Source: Trichosphaerium sp. ATCC 40318
Taxonomy: Eukaryota > Protista > Tubulinea
Reading direction: 5' to 3'
Assembly: GCA_038496445.1 (NCBI GenBank)
Contig: JALMLS010000304.1
Span: 248,001 to 312,000, forward strand
Length of the DNA: 64,000 nucleotides
Program-made: the position numbers and the translations under genes
Shown here: positions 36,715-49,900 of the stretch, one piece after another
How positions within the stretch are numbered: the stretch's first letter is position 1
Layout: the number at the start of each line of letters is the position of its first letter
Notes under the pieces: model-generated
The model's input: the letters and a program-made list of their open reading frames with translations, nothing else
Told to the model about the DNA's origin: nothing
Database searches by the model: none

Positions 36715-39700
36715 ATGGCGTACAACGGCTCCTTCCAACAAATTGCTCGGTGGACAGTATGTACCACTCTGTACAGTATGAATTATTTAAAACTAAATTG
36801 TAGGGATCCATGCCTGTCAAATTAAAGCAAAAAGTGGGTGAAGGAAGCTTTGGAGAGGTGTTTGTAGGGTACGTAGTTAAATTTAAACAAAAAAAAGATA
36901 CCAAGCTTGGTGACGATATTCTTAAAACAAACCTTACGCCGTTTCGTTCTTATACACGTTTAACACGTGGAAATAGTGAAATGGTATCAGATGGTAAGCA
37001 AGTTGCTATTAAAGTCATAGAACTCGAAGAAACAAGCAATGTTGAGCAAGTACAACGTGAAATAACATTCCTGGCGCAATGCGCATGCGAAAATATAACA
37101 AAATATTTCAGCAGGTGAGCTTGAAAAAAAAAACTACCAATAGCCAGAAAAACGTGCTATATTTGAGTCTTTTCTACAACCACACTTACGGAGTTACTAG
37201 TTTTATGAAGGAAAGTCAGCTGTTTATTGTGATGGAGTATTGTAATGGTGGTTCGGTGATGGACTTGGTATGCACGCCAAAAACGTTTGAAGAAAAAAAA
37301 ACCAAAAAAAAAAAACTTTGAAGCGTTTTTATCTTATTGGTTGTTTTAGTTAAATCTTGGTCCAATACCAGGTATGTGTATGCTTTTAGATTACAGAACC
37401 CTTTTTACCCAGCTAAGAACTTCTCTCATCCACCAAAATCGTGAACGCGTTTCTATCTTGCGTAGTGATCCTCCGAAACATATTATTTCAGAAAGCCATT
37501 ACCCCTGTCGTTTCACTTTTTTTTGTCGCTGTACTTTTTGTGTGACGCTTTCTACTACTAACACTTACCACGTATAGAGCCCGAAGTTGCTATTATTATG
37601 CGCGAAGTGCTAAAAGGTACCTGATGAACACGTCAAAGTCAGAAAATCTTAACATATTTTTTTAGGTCTCAATTACCTTCACAGTGAACAAGTACGAACA
37701 AGACAGAAAAGATCACGTTTTTTTTGAGAAACGTCACGTGTTCGTTCAAATTTTTTTTTTCATCAATTCGTTGTTCTTTTGAATACCAAGGTATTCAGCG
37801 TATGCACCAAGAACCAAACGAACGAGTTGCTCGTATTAGAATTGTAATTCTTTTTTTAGAAAATACATAGGGACATAAAGGCAGCTAATATTTGTAAGTC
37901 TGACGATAACTTCTACAATTCTTTAGTTTTTTCTTATCGCTCACGGTGTATAGTATTATCATTGACGGGAGAAGTAAAATTAGCAGATTTTGGAGTTAGT
38001 TCTCATCTTATAAGTGCTTCTAAGAGGTTTACTGTTGTTGGTACACCGTACTGGCACGTGATAAATTGATTAAATGCTCTTCCTATTTTTATTAATTTTG
38101 TTTTATGTAGGATGGCTCCAGAAGTTGTTGCTGGAGGAAGTGGATATGATTTATCGGCGGATATATGGTCTTTGGGTATTACAGCAATTGAATGCGCACA
38201 TGGTCGGGTACCCAGAATTCATGAGTCACCTTTACAAGTACTTGCAACGCTTCTTCGGTACAAACTATTTATTTAGCTTATTTAGCTTTGTAATTCTAAC
38301 GAATTTTTAGTGTACCACCGCCACGGTTATCTCAAGAGAGTGGTTTCTCAAAGTATTTTCATGCATTTGTTACAATGTGTTTACGGAAAAAACCACGTGA
38401 GGTAAAGAGCTCTAACACATACAATAAATCAGATTTTTCATAATTTTTTTCTAGAGAGCTAGTGCAGAAAGATGTCTTTTGTTTCCTTTTATTAAAAGAG
38501 CTAAAAGAGTGAGTACATTGATACCACGTATTAAAAGTTACACAAAATGGAGAAGAGTAAATCCACTCGAAGACAAGCAGTCTCAATCAGGGTCAGGGTA
38601 AGTCAAAAACTATGTTGATTAATAAATACTTAACAAATAAAATTAGAAATTTGGGGACAGAGATTGGAACATGGGACCTTGACACTATTTCAAAAGTACG
38701 TCTTGCTAAATAGTAATTCCATATAAACTATTTTACTCACTATTAAAACAGGTTAATTCTATAAAACCAACATACACAGAGGACAATCTTTTTGCTTTAA
38801 AGTGCAAGTAAGTCAAAGACCTTTTTTACAAGTAAAAAAACAAACAAAAATAAAAGTTCTAACGCCACCAAGATTATGTAATAAACGAATACCACTGGAA
38901 GACTTGGAGACGCATTCTAGTAAGTGTGAGTCTGTAGAAACGAGAAGAACGACAGCAACAACTACTGCAACAACAAGAAATACATCAGGACGCTCAACAG
39001 GACCTTCTTTAGATTCTCCTAAACAAATATTACCAAAATCGTCATCAAAGTCGCCAAGATCATCTCCAAAATCGTCAACAAAAGGATCCCCATCAACACC
39101 TAAAAGTGCATCAAAGAAACGCATGCCAAAGGTATAGTTACATACATCAATTATAGTATTTAGCCTAACAAAACATGTAGAAACATAGCCCATTTTCCAA
39201 GAGCGTTGATGTTTTACCTTCACAAGTGAAATCTCCTGCTGCACAAAAAAGAAGAAGAAGGCGGTCTTCTCAGTATTCTAAACCACGTATAGCAATGCAT
39301 GGTAATAAAAAGAATGATGAGAAAGGATCTCCTTCTTCCACTAAAGAACTTGGTGCAACTGATGCCGGAGGTGATTTACCTTTGGCCAATGGTGTTATTG
39401 ATATTGACACAACAATGAACAAAAAAAAGAAAAAACATCGCTCTGGTAAATCTACAAGTAGTCATGAAAGTAAGTCAGGTGGATCTGCTGGATCAGGTAT
39501 TAGACGCGGACGTACAAATAAAAGAAGACAGAAAGGGTCAAAGGGTAGATCTACATCACGATCAAAATCTCGACACAAGTACGTTACATTTTTTCTTTCA
39601 AGTTCGCTTGTCTCTACACCGTTCTGAGTCGAAATTTTATTGTCGATAATTTAGCTGCTCTGTTAAAAAAGCAACCAACTTCCAATGCCATTCATAAATT

Positions 39701-40080
39701 CTACTTTCAATACGTTTTAGAAGAAGGACACGTGAAAAATTATATTGACATTTTGTTAAAGGAGACGAATAAATGGAGATAGTCCAAAGCATAATAGAAC
39801 TCCCAATGAATCAAATAAGGGATGGCAACCAGATCCAGAACTTGGATATAAAATGATATCTGCTATTAATAATGCACAAAGAAATAGCAACACAGCGCAT
39901 AATTTAGTACTTCAATTGGAACACTTAAAAGACGGCATAAGGTTCGTTCTTGTTTATCATCTTTTTCTTTGCTTTTCTAGATGATTGACATGTCTGATTT
40001 TTGACGTATATTTTAGGGCTATAGAGAACCTTCATGAAGGAATGTTTCATATGTTATTAAAACAAGCACAGAGCATGTAA
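36715..40080 (+). CDS. STE20/MST-family Ser/Thr protein kinase
   Basis: [50 protein letters not shown]|[18 protein letters not shown]-rich C-terminal region. Confidence 0.92.
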
Positions 40081-40133
40081 TAATACATCATTTTTTTGGG
40101 TTGCGTGAAATTTTTTATTGATTTTATCAACTG

Positions 40134-40852
40134 TCACGTGTTCTTACAATTTCTTTGCAATAATATAAAACGATCATTGTCGCTCATTTCATTGTATACA
40201 ACAGATTCAAGCACTTTTAACCCTACCTTTTCATAGAGCGCTTTGATCTCATCAACGGTGTTGTATGTGAAAAGCATACCATGCATTGATTCTTCCCTCT
40301 TACCGTCAACAACAGCCCAAAAAGTGTGGAAAAGTACTCCACTTTTCGAAAGTCTTTTCTTTTGATTTTCAACAGAAATCTGCAAGTCAGACCTTTAAAA
40401 TGATATATGAGGTCAGGAAACAATAGTAAAGGACTGATTCGTACCGCTTAAGGTGATGCAGGACTTTGTTGGAGTAGATGCAGTCAAAAGCGCGAGGCGT
40501 GTCTAAAAGGACCGCATCAACTCCAATTAGGTCAGCTTGCGGGTTTTTAGCCTTGTAACGGTTCATAAACTCTTTAGATACGTCAGATCCTTAGCCAACG
40601 TTAACCCCAGCGTTGTAGTAATCAATGGAAGCAAATAGGGACCTAAAACGTACCTGTCACTTTGTAAGTTGCCTTCAGCAAGTCCAGGTCCTTTCCAAGG
40701 CCCATGCCAAGCTCAAGAAGTGTTGAGCCTTCAGGTAGATGCTTTTTTAAAGCTGTGATGAGAAACCCGCCATCATAGCCTTCACACATCTTTTCATACT
40801 CCTCAACGTTCTCTTTTTTATTGTACCACGCTACTGTAGTATTTGATGCCAT
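40134..40852 (-). CDS. Class I SAM-dependent methyltransferase, bacterial-like
   Basis: LLELGMGLGKDLDLL, YKVTGSD, FDCIYSNKVLHHL, GVLFHTFW. 2 introns. Possible 1-nt deletion near 40172. Confidence 0.8.
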
Positions 40853-41091
40853 TGTAGTGTAAGAACGAACTAAATACTGCATGTGGTAAGTCCACAAAAA
40901 TAACGGACGAAAACTCACTAACTTTTCACGTTTTATGAAGCGATCACATCTTCATACTTATAGCTTCTATTCCACAGATTAAGAGTGAGGACTTGTCGCT
41001 ACAAATTTCGGTCCGGTTACAAGATGACAGAGAAAGGAAAGGAGTGACAGGTTTGAAACAAATCTTTAAGAAGTTTTTTAATACTTTATTT

Positions 41092-41477
41092 TTAGAGACG
41101 CCTAAGGCCTTCATTGTTGTCTTTGAGTAAAGTCTTGTTACAACATACGCAGTACATAGTCCTTGAGCATGATTTACCGAACGACATCTTGAAATCTAGA
41201 CAATTGAAACACTTTGAAAGTGGGTACAAGCAACAGCAAAAAAGCCATGGAATGAGCCTAAAACAAGTACAACACTCCGCTTTACCTGATTCTAGATCAC
41301 CTGCAGCCAAAGTAAGAAAAAACGAGCGCTAAAGCGGAACAACGCTTTATTACGCCTATGCGACGCATAGTTTAGCGTATTAGAGTGATATATACCTTCT
41401 AAATTGCTGTCATCGTATTGCTGTGTTTCAACGCAACTGAGGATGGGGTAACAGCAACAATTAATACAGCATGCCAT
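41092..41477 (-). CDS. Small cysteine-rich protein with an internal repeat
   Basis: MACCINCCCYPILSC...|...CCTCFRLIPWLFCCCLYPLSKCFNC. One intron. Confidence 0.55.
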
Positions 41478-41940
41478 TCTTCTTGTGAGGCTCGGATTAA
41501 TTACAACACAATAAATAATAAAACTTAAAAAAACTGCTACACAAATAGTTGAAAACAGTTTAATTAACCTAAATCGTTGGTCATTTTCAATGAATGAATT
41601 ACACAACTACCCAATACTTTATGTAAATACTACTTATGGGCACATGTAAAGAAAAGGTTTATAAACCATACGTTAGAATACCAATCTAGTTCAAAGCAAA
41701 TGTAAATACACGTGACCAAGCAGTTTCAGAGTTATCAACTTCACTTTCAATAATGAACGTAGAAAATCTTGTATGTAATTTTAAACCATGTACCCTCCCG
41801 TAGTAGTGATACATAAGGTATGCCTTTCGAGAACGTGCGCTAACAGTTAGGAAATGAAGCAGTTGACTTGATAAACATTCTCCACAAGGTTGGTTGATTC
41901 ATACGTGGCATATAGGTTTTTTTAGACACTATTCTTACCA

Positions 41941-42471
41941 ATGCTAAAGCCACTGCTCTTCGTGGTAGTTTCAATACTAGTAGCGGCACTATTACTAGCC
42001 AACCAGCAATCAACAAAGACACAAAACCACTACAAAGTAAGCTTCAGTCATGTATCTATTTGTTCCAATTACGCTAGGTACTTGGGGTATCACGAGACGC
42101 AACGTTTAAGCAAATTAAAAAAGTACATTGATTTTATCCCTCTATTGATGCTAATTTAGCTCTAGGCTTACCGTAAATTATCCATGAAGTTATTTCCAGA
42201 CAAGATTGCTGGGCTTAGCCCAGAAAAGCGAAAAGCTGCGACTGAATACTACAGAGCAGTCTATCAAGGTACAGCATGGCACTGCGTTTAGTTCTGTGTG
42301 TTATTTATAACATGCGTAGCCTATGGCGTGCTTCATGACGAGGAGAAAAGGCAGTACTATGATGAACATGGATTTGACCCTCCTGTGGATACTGGTAAAC
42401 AGTTATCGTTTGATAAGTTTTTCAGTGGTTGTATGGGCTCTACTTGTGATACAAAGTCAAAAGAGAAGTAG
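41941..42471 (+). CDS. Signal-peptide J-domain protein with HPD replaced by FPD
   Basis: Spliced NHYK|VLGVSRDATFKQIKK|AYRKLSMKLFPDK...YQ|AYGVLHDEEKRQYYD. Confidence 0.85.
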
Positions 42472-42938
42472 TTGGCGGTAACGAAGATATAGTCTGTGCC
42501 ACAGATTTCGTAATTTTTTATTTCCTTATGTCTTTTGGTCGTACGAATTCAGCTTGTTTCGTACCGTGTTTTTGTTGCCAAAATAAAATAGCTATTGTAA
42601 AATAAAATAGCTACTGGAGACTTTCAACTTTGTACACATAGTTTATTGTACACACATAGTTTACAGAGGAACCAAGTTTCAAAAGCCGTTCAGAACAAAA
42701 AAAAGAGCTTATTGACTTGGTCGACTGTTTTTTTTCTGAAAATGTACGAGTTTTCTTTACGGTAAAAAAATGTCGATCCGTCGACAAATTAGCATTTTTG
42801 TATTTACGTTTATTTCCCCGTTACATGATGTACCTGATCAAACAAGACAATGTACGAAACTAAGCCGTTCGGAACGAATTCATTGAACAGAAGAGTTAAG
42901 GCCACACTTCACATTTTTTAAAACCCACACCAACAACA

Positions 42939-43793
42939 ATGGAGCGCAACAACAAAGCAAAGAAGCCAACAATATTTGAAACATTTTTACAAATGGCACA
43001 GAAATATATACGCCACGCGTACAAATGCCAAGTAAGTACATTGTTTTACTTTAATTTTCTACTAGAATTTACAAATCTACTAGGTTCATTTCAAAAGTGG
43101 AAGAAGACAAAACGGTTTCGTTGTTTTCATCGACCAAACGGATTTCAACCGATTATGGACTTGCGGTAAAAGTACAGAGTCAATAAGTAAGAACCTTCTA
43201 CAGTTCTGTATTAGATCAACCATTCCAGTACGTATAATCAAAAAACAGTGAACCACGTGAAAATCAACTCATATCTTTTTTTTTAAAGCGACAGCGACTT
43301 AGATTCAAAACTAGACTCATCGAGGGTACATTACTCTATGAGTTCACAATATTTCATCCTGGAGCACCTAAAATGAATAATCACTTTGTTCCTCATTGCT
43401 ACAATCACATCAAACAAGACCACGAATGTAGTATTGGTACACTTAATTATGACCTGTTTTAGAACAAACAATATTATTATCGTATACTTACTACGTCCTG
43501 CAGGCTTTGATAAAGTCTGTAAAAGTAATGTGGCTACTCCTGACAGCCCATTATCCTTCGATTCTTTTATACCCACAAATCACGATACCGCAATGGATAT
43601 AGACTTCGGCGACCCACATTCGCCTGCCACAGAAGAGTTTCAATACGACGATAAGCCAGCCACTCCACAACAGGAAATGTGTGGGTATTGTGGCATGTGC
43701 TTGGATATGATTGAGCGCCTCAATGCAGCTCTAGCAGAAAACAAAAGGTTGAGAGGAATTATTGACGACGGTGAAGGTTTCTTAGCTGATTGA
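42939..43793 (+). CDS. Hypothetical multi-exon protein, possible frameshift near 43240
   Basis: GT-AG-bounded open segments ending in CGYCGMC plus a coiled coil. One indel in an A-run is needed to keep the frame. Confidence 0.4.
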
Positions 43794-43945
43794 TCATAAA
43801 GGATGCCTGTAGAGACTGTAAAGTGTATAATAAAACTCAACGATAGTTTATTTGTTAACATGATTTGAGTTACAGATGTAGGCGTGGTGTTTCTTGTTTC
43901 ATGCCAAACAAAGTGAAAAACTCAAACAAAAGTTGTTTTCCCTTC

Positions 43946-46900
43946 CTATTGCTTTGGTTTTGATGCTTCCTTTATCAATGATCCACATTTTTCTGTCATG
44001 ACGAGTATAGAGAACCTCTGTACGGTATTCAAGTCGTTTGTCATTATAGCGGTGTAATCAAAAGCACCCGTTAAATCAGTATAGCCATCCTAAAGTACAA
44101 AGTAAGAAACAATGAAGGCCTTCAAGGATCATTCAATGAACCTAAACAGTACCTTGAAAAATCTGATGTTTCCTCCGTTGTGACGAGCAAATACTTTTAC
44201 GTATGCTTTTGATATTGGCCTACCAGTCTTCTTGTTGATTACTTTAAGTTGTCCATAGTTCTCTATAACGTTGACAAACAGAGAATTTGAGAAATACGCT
44301 TGCGATTTTCTAACGCCTGCTGAAACAACGTCAATCTATTACGAGTTAGCGTTCGTTATTCTAAATATAGATTATAAAAATAAACACGTGCCATGATGTT
44401 ACTATTGTGGTACTCTTCAGGTAGGTCAATAGAGTGTACAGAGACATCGCCAGGTAGATCTACAGTGAGACTACTGTTGGACATGATGTAACTGAATTGT
44501 CCTGTCTCCTTTTGAACAAAAGGCGATGTGGAGAATAGTAATTCAATGTCCATCTTGAAAAACTTGATAGTTACAGCCTAATATTAAGTGTATTAGATTT
44601 ATCGATACGAGAAAACGTTGTCCTTTACCTTAACATTTTGGTAGTTGATTTGGATTTTTTTGGATTCAACAGAAAAGTCAAAGTTTGGCTCAGCAGCAGC
44701 TAGTTTGGCTTGTTTTTGGTCACGTGAGTCCTTATCGACAACATCAACTTGTGCTCCTTAAAACTTAAGTTAGGAAAAAACCTGCACATCACGTGACAAG
44801 ATATAAATCTAAAAACAATCCAGCGGTGTATTTTTCAAAAAAAAAAAACAATACGGCTTGGCGTGTTTCCGAACGCTACCAGAGAAACCAAAACGTAGAT
44901 TACCTGTATCTATCTCAGCAAGCTTTTGTCTAACTTGTTTGAAGAGTTTTGCCCATCGAGGTACTGGGTAAGAAACATATCTACATTAAAAACACACGTT
45001 AAACTTCATACATAACATAGTATATGCGTACTTTTTAGAAATCTCCCTGGCTATTACTGGGTCTTCAGAGTAAAAGTCCAAGTACGCAGCAAGGTAATCA
45101 TATTGTAGTTTAGCTTGGTTTTCGTCCTTTTCGTTAAGCTTGACACGTTTGAACATTGCCTGCGCTTCTTCGATTCTATCTTGAAGCAACAAGTAGTAAG
45201 TTGCTGCCATCAAATCAGAAGGTTCCATTGTGGATCTGTAGCACATATTATCAAGGAACTAAAAGTACAAAGGTAAGCTTATTCCAAAGAACAAAAGATG
45301 ATGGTGCTGAAAGGTTATTACCTTGTCATAATGTGCTTTGAAACGGTCGTTCAAAATTTCACGTTTTGAACCAATAGCATGAGCTCTTGCGTTAACAAAT
45401 GGCTTATACTCAAGATGCTCGTATTGCCTATCATTACAAGGATCCGTGGATATTAAAGGAGATGATAGATAAGGACCAGAAAGGTATTTAATGTTATCAT
45501 CGAGCTATCGTTTTTGGTTAGACCAAAAAAAAGAAGACCAAGAAAAATCTTACTTGTAGGTATTCCTTGGCAATACGGATATTCTTATGCACTATACCAA
45601 ATGCCCACACATTCCTATTGAATTTTTTACGTGCACCCAAGATAGACACAGCAGTAGAGAAGAACTTTTTATCAGTGCAACGCCAAGCGATCCTAAAAAA
45701 AAAATCAATGAATTTGAACTCTTAGCCAAGGTTTTTTGTTGATAATACGTACTGGTAAATGTCTACGTTATGAATATTCTCGTTTTTCAAGTATGCTATT
45801 ACTTGCTCTTCTGTACCGTTCTGGCTCAACCAAGACCAAGATTGCTTATCTACAGTTGTAGGTTCTTCTACAACATTGAGAACAAAAGGCTGTGCAAAAG
45901 CGACAACTAAAGAAATAAGTGAGAACAAAAGAAGTAACAATTAAGAATAAAATAAACAACGTTTACCTTTCTCAGATCTTGACACGTGCACAGGGAAGTG
46001 ATTGTACTTTCCAACTTGTGGGAAGTAGAATAGATATTCCAAAGTACGTGTAGAGTAAGCAGACAATGTAATATACTTTGACTTTGTAAAGAAGCCATTT
46101 TTAACAGGGATAGCGCCTACTGGTATTTGCATCAAAACATCAACTTTCTGGTTACTGCAAGAGACATTTGTAATGACAAGCTGACACCCATATACTTTCT
46201 TGTATAAGAATTCTTCAGATACATATCGCTCTACTCTATCGCCGTCAACTGTATCATATCTTCTTTGAGGATCGTAAAACGTTTGTCCAACAAGAACTGG
46301 TTTCCTGTTGATGATTACGTTAGTTCAAACTTAATTGTTTTAACCGAAACTTGTACCTTTCGACAGGAGATTCGTTTATCTGTTGATGGAATACAATAAC
46401 ATCATCTTTAGGTGTAAATGCCATTGAGTAGTCTTTGAATACAACATCGTGCTCGGAAGAAGCGAAAGGTAAGTCAAGAACTAAGAAGAAAGGTTAAATA
46501 CAAGAAAAAATAAAACCAAGTAAAATCTTCAGAGTACCTGAAAAAGCAAACATCATTTCAGGGAAGGAACTACATGCAAAACCAACGTTTGACGATACAA
46601 ATGGAACCTTTCTATCACGTGTAGCATAATCACTCCAGAATGGATTTATCTTAACAAGACCACTTGTATCAGCACTGTTCGAATGCTTATAGTAGTTCAT
46701 CTCGGCATATTCCTAACATTTCATATTATTACTTAAATCATATGAAGTAGAAGGCTTGTAAATCTCAATAAGTTACTGATTTATAAATACCTTTGTTTGC
46801 TCTAAAGGAGCGTAGTACTGTTTCTGTGTCATTCTTGCTCCCATTAGGGACTTTTTCCTACCAAAATCTTGGTCTGGTATGCTCTGCAGGCATTCTTCCT

Positions 46901-49900
46901 CCATGAAATCACAATCATCGAAATCGCATTCTTCTTCTTGTTCCTTGAGCATCTATAGAAATTAAGGTTTATAAGAATCAAGTTCATTCTAACCATTCCA
47001 CCACCGCCAAGTGCTGGAAGCTCTTGTGGAAGCAAACCTCCTTCAGTATCCAAATCGCCTGTTTTAATAGCAGTATCGAATATGCGATTAAATGCGTCGA
47101 CATTTGATGGAAGCAATGCGTTGACATCACCGATGTAACCAGCCTATTAGTTGAACATTAGAAAATAAGTACAAAAAAGACTTATTATCAATACAGTTTC
47201 ATCGTCTTCCAGAGCTTCACCAAGTAATATCTTCTCAAAGGCATTCAACTTCATAAACTCATTAGGTGCGGTATAGTCTTTGAGATTACGATGAGACAAT
47301 AAGAAGTAATCAATGAATGTCTTTTCCTTCTTGTTTGCAATGTATGGTTTAACAACATCACTAAAGAATTTTGCATCCTAAAACATGTCTTAGTCTCAAA
47401 GGGTAGTAAAAGAAGAATATTTAGAGTCACCTTTCGATAAATAAAGTAATTGAGTTCATGACAAGCAAACTCAGAGTACTTTTCTTGTTTATCTTCTTGA
47501 GACATCGTATTCCATTTCAAGATAAATTTGAATGTTTCAAGTGAAGGAACACTTGTTAATGAACCATACAGCTTAAAGATCTTTGGTAATGAATCATATA
47601 CTTCAACCTTTGAGGAGTACACATCTCGTAAATTGAAAGTGTCTCCTTTTTTGAGTGTATCAATCTTTTTTTGCTCTGTGAAGTGTGCTAAACCGTGTGA
47701 TTAATTATGATACAGAACCTTTGAAAATAAAGTACCATCAGATGCAAGAGCAGTTGCTTTGCCGAGACGTAAATCTTTATAAGCGACAGATGATCGAGGA
47801 AGAGATACTTGAGTGAAACAAGCACTAGTGACATCCATAGCAAACACTCGCACGTGACTAACACCACCCAAGCTTCTATAAGGGCAAGAGTTAATACTAT
47901 GGAGAAGGTTTGTAGTATATCTTACGCTAAAGGCACTTTGATACAACCATTCTTGTCTGGCTTCAAGTTTGATAGAAGAACAGACGGTTTTGTCAAAAAG
48001 TCAAAGTTGTGTTCTCCACTGCTATTCATTTCAATTACTGCACGACGTCTAGATCTAGCTCCATAACCACCGCCGCCAAGTCCACTTGACATACTGTCAT
48101 CACATAATTTCCCTGCGGCTTTTAGATGCTGTAGTGCTGTTGAAGTATCACTTATTGCCCCTTTAGCAGTACTTAACAACATGTTTTCTTACTGGTAAAA
48201 AAAAATAGAAATGATTGCGCACAAGGATTCAATAGTAAAGATGGACGCTCGAGGGTATTTCCTAGTACAGATTAGGTTTAAAATCAAGAAAGGATTATAC
48301 AAAATGTGCTCATTTTGAGCTGACATACCAGGGTAAGGTTTTGCGTATTTTCTATCCAAAATATATCTCTGCTCGTCCCCAAGTTTACGGCCTGATAAGT
48401 ACATGCATAAAATCTTTGATAGCTTGGTAGATTCTGGACCGTAAATACTAAAATTAAGCTTCGATACTATATCATAAGATGGCATAAAGTGAGAGGCTAA
48501 AACGTGAACACGTGTAGCAGCAGTGTGGTTTTGAACTTTAATTTCTAAGCCTTCCTTTGTTTTTTTGGTGCCAACCTGAATACCAACGCGTTGAGATCCT
48601 GATACCGACATAAGCCTAAAGAAAGGAGAGAGGAAGTGCTTACCTTGAAGAACACGAACTTTTCCAATCGCGTTGTTACCTTCTCTCTTGCCTTTTGCTA
48701 TCTTAATTGATATTGAAATTTCGTGTTCTTTTAAAGCAAGACGATAATCTCCTTGTGTCAATCCCTTTATATGTAGGTACCCATCAACAAGTTCGATATT
48801 CTTAAAGCAATTTCTTAATGGCAAAGAGTTTCTATACTCAATAAGAGAAACAGTGTAAACACTCAACCCCTCTAAACAACACATCAGGAGTCAATTTCTT
48901 AAAGCTCAATAAAACAAAACTAACCAGTGTATTTTGCCGTGAATGGTACTTTAACTACTTCTCCTTCCAAAGCATGTCTTTCAGTAGTATATGTACGCCA
49001 GTTACATGGTAATTTCCAACTTGTAAACAAGTTAGAACTTATAAACAAGGAGAGTTTGGAAAGAAAAAAGAGATCTATCACGCACGTGTAGTTACATTTA
49101 ATACTATCAACATCTTTAAGTTCACCAAGGTAAACCATACCCTTGTCATCTGTTTGTAGGGTTTGACTGAGACCAGTAGTCCCATTACGGAATCTTGAAC
49201 CCACATCGATAGCCGTAATCTTGTTGGCCTAATCAAACCATAAGAAACTGTGTTTAAAGCGAAAAGGTGTACAATTGGTTCTCCAGTTCTTCCAAGAACC
49301 TCAAGAGTGTATCCTTGATCGTTTTTACCCAAGATGTAATCCTCAATCTTAGATCCTGCATCGATATTGTTCAACTGGTAAAGTTCTGACACGCTGAACT
49401 GTTGACGAACACCATCCGAAATTCTCTTAATGAAAGCTTGGACTTCAAAGCGAATGGACCTTAATCAATTTTAGCAACGTTACCAACAAAAGAAAAACAA
49501 GAGATCAATCTTATTACCTTAGGTTTTCTGGCACTTGGAACTCAAAGACTGAATCTTTATCGTTGAAAAGTTCAAAGTTTGGTATATCCTTAACAGACTC
49601 AATGCCTTCACCATCTTGAGTAACAATAGAAAGCTTTATGTCCTCAAGTAATTCAACAGAAGATTCTCTGTTGTTAAGAAATAGCTTAGGTGAGATGATA
49701 ACACTTGCTTTAGCGCCTTTAAGAAGGGACTCTCTACAGTAACTGTCAATACTTGTTTTGTAGTGAGTTGATGCATCTTACTTGTCAACATAGATACCAG
49801 CTTCTAGAGTGTATGACTCGGTCTCATGCTTGAAGTGGGATAAAGTAGAAAATCCATCGTATGTGAGAACAATAGGCTGTGGTTTACTTGACTTTGTAAA

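Noticed and set aside
38813-39244. 143-aa minus-strand ORF with DDFGDD repeats
   Set aside because: Antisense of the kinase's low-complexity S/P/K-rich exon.
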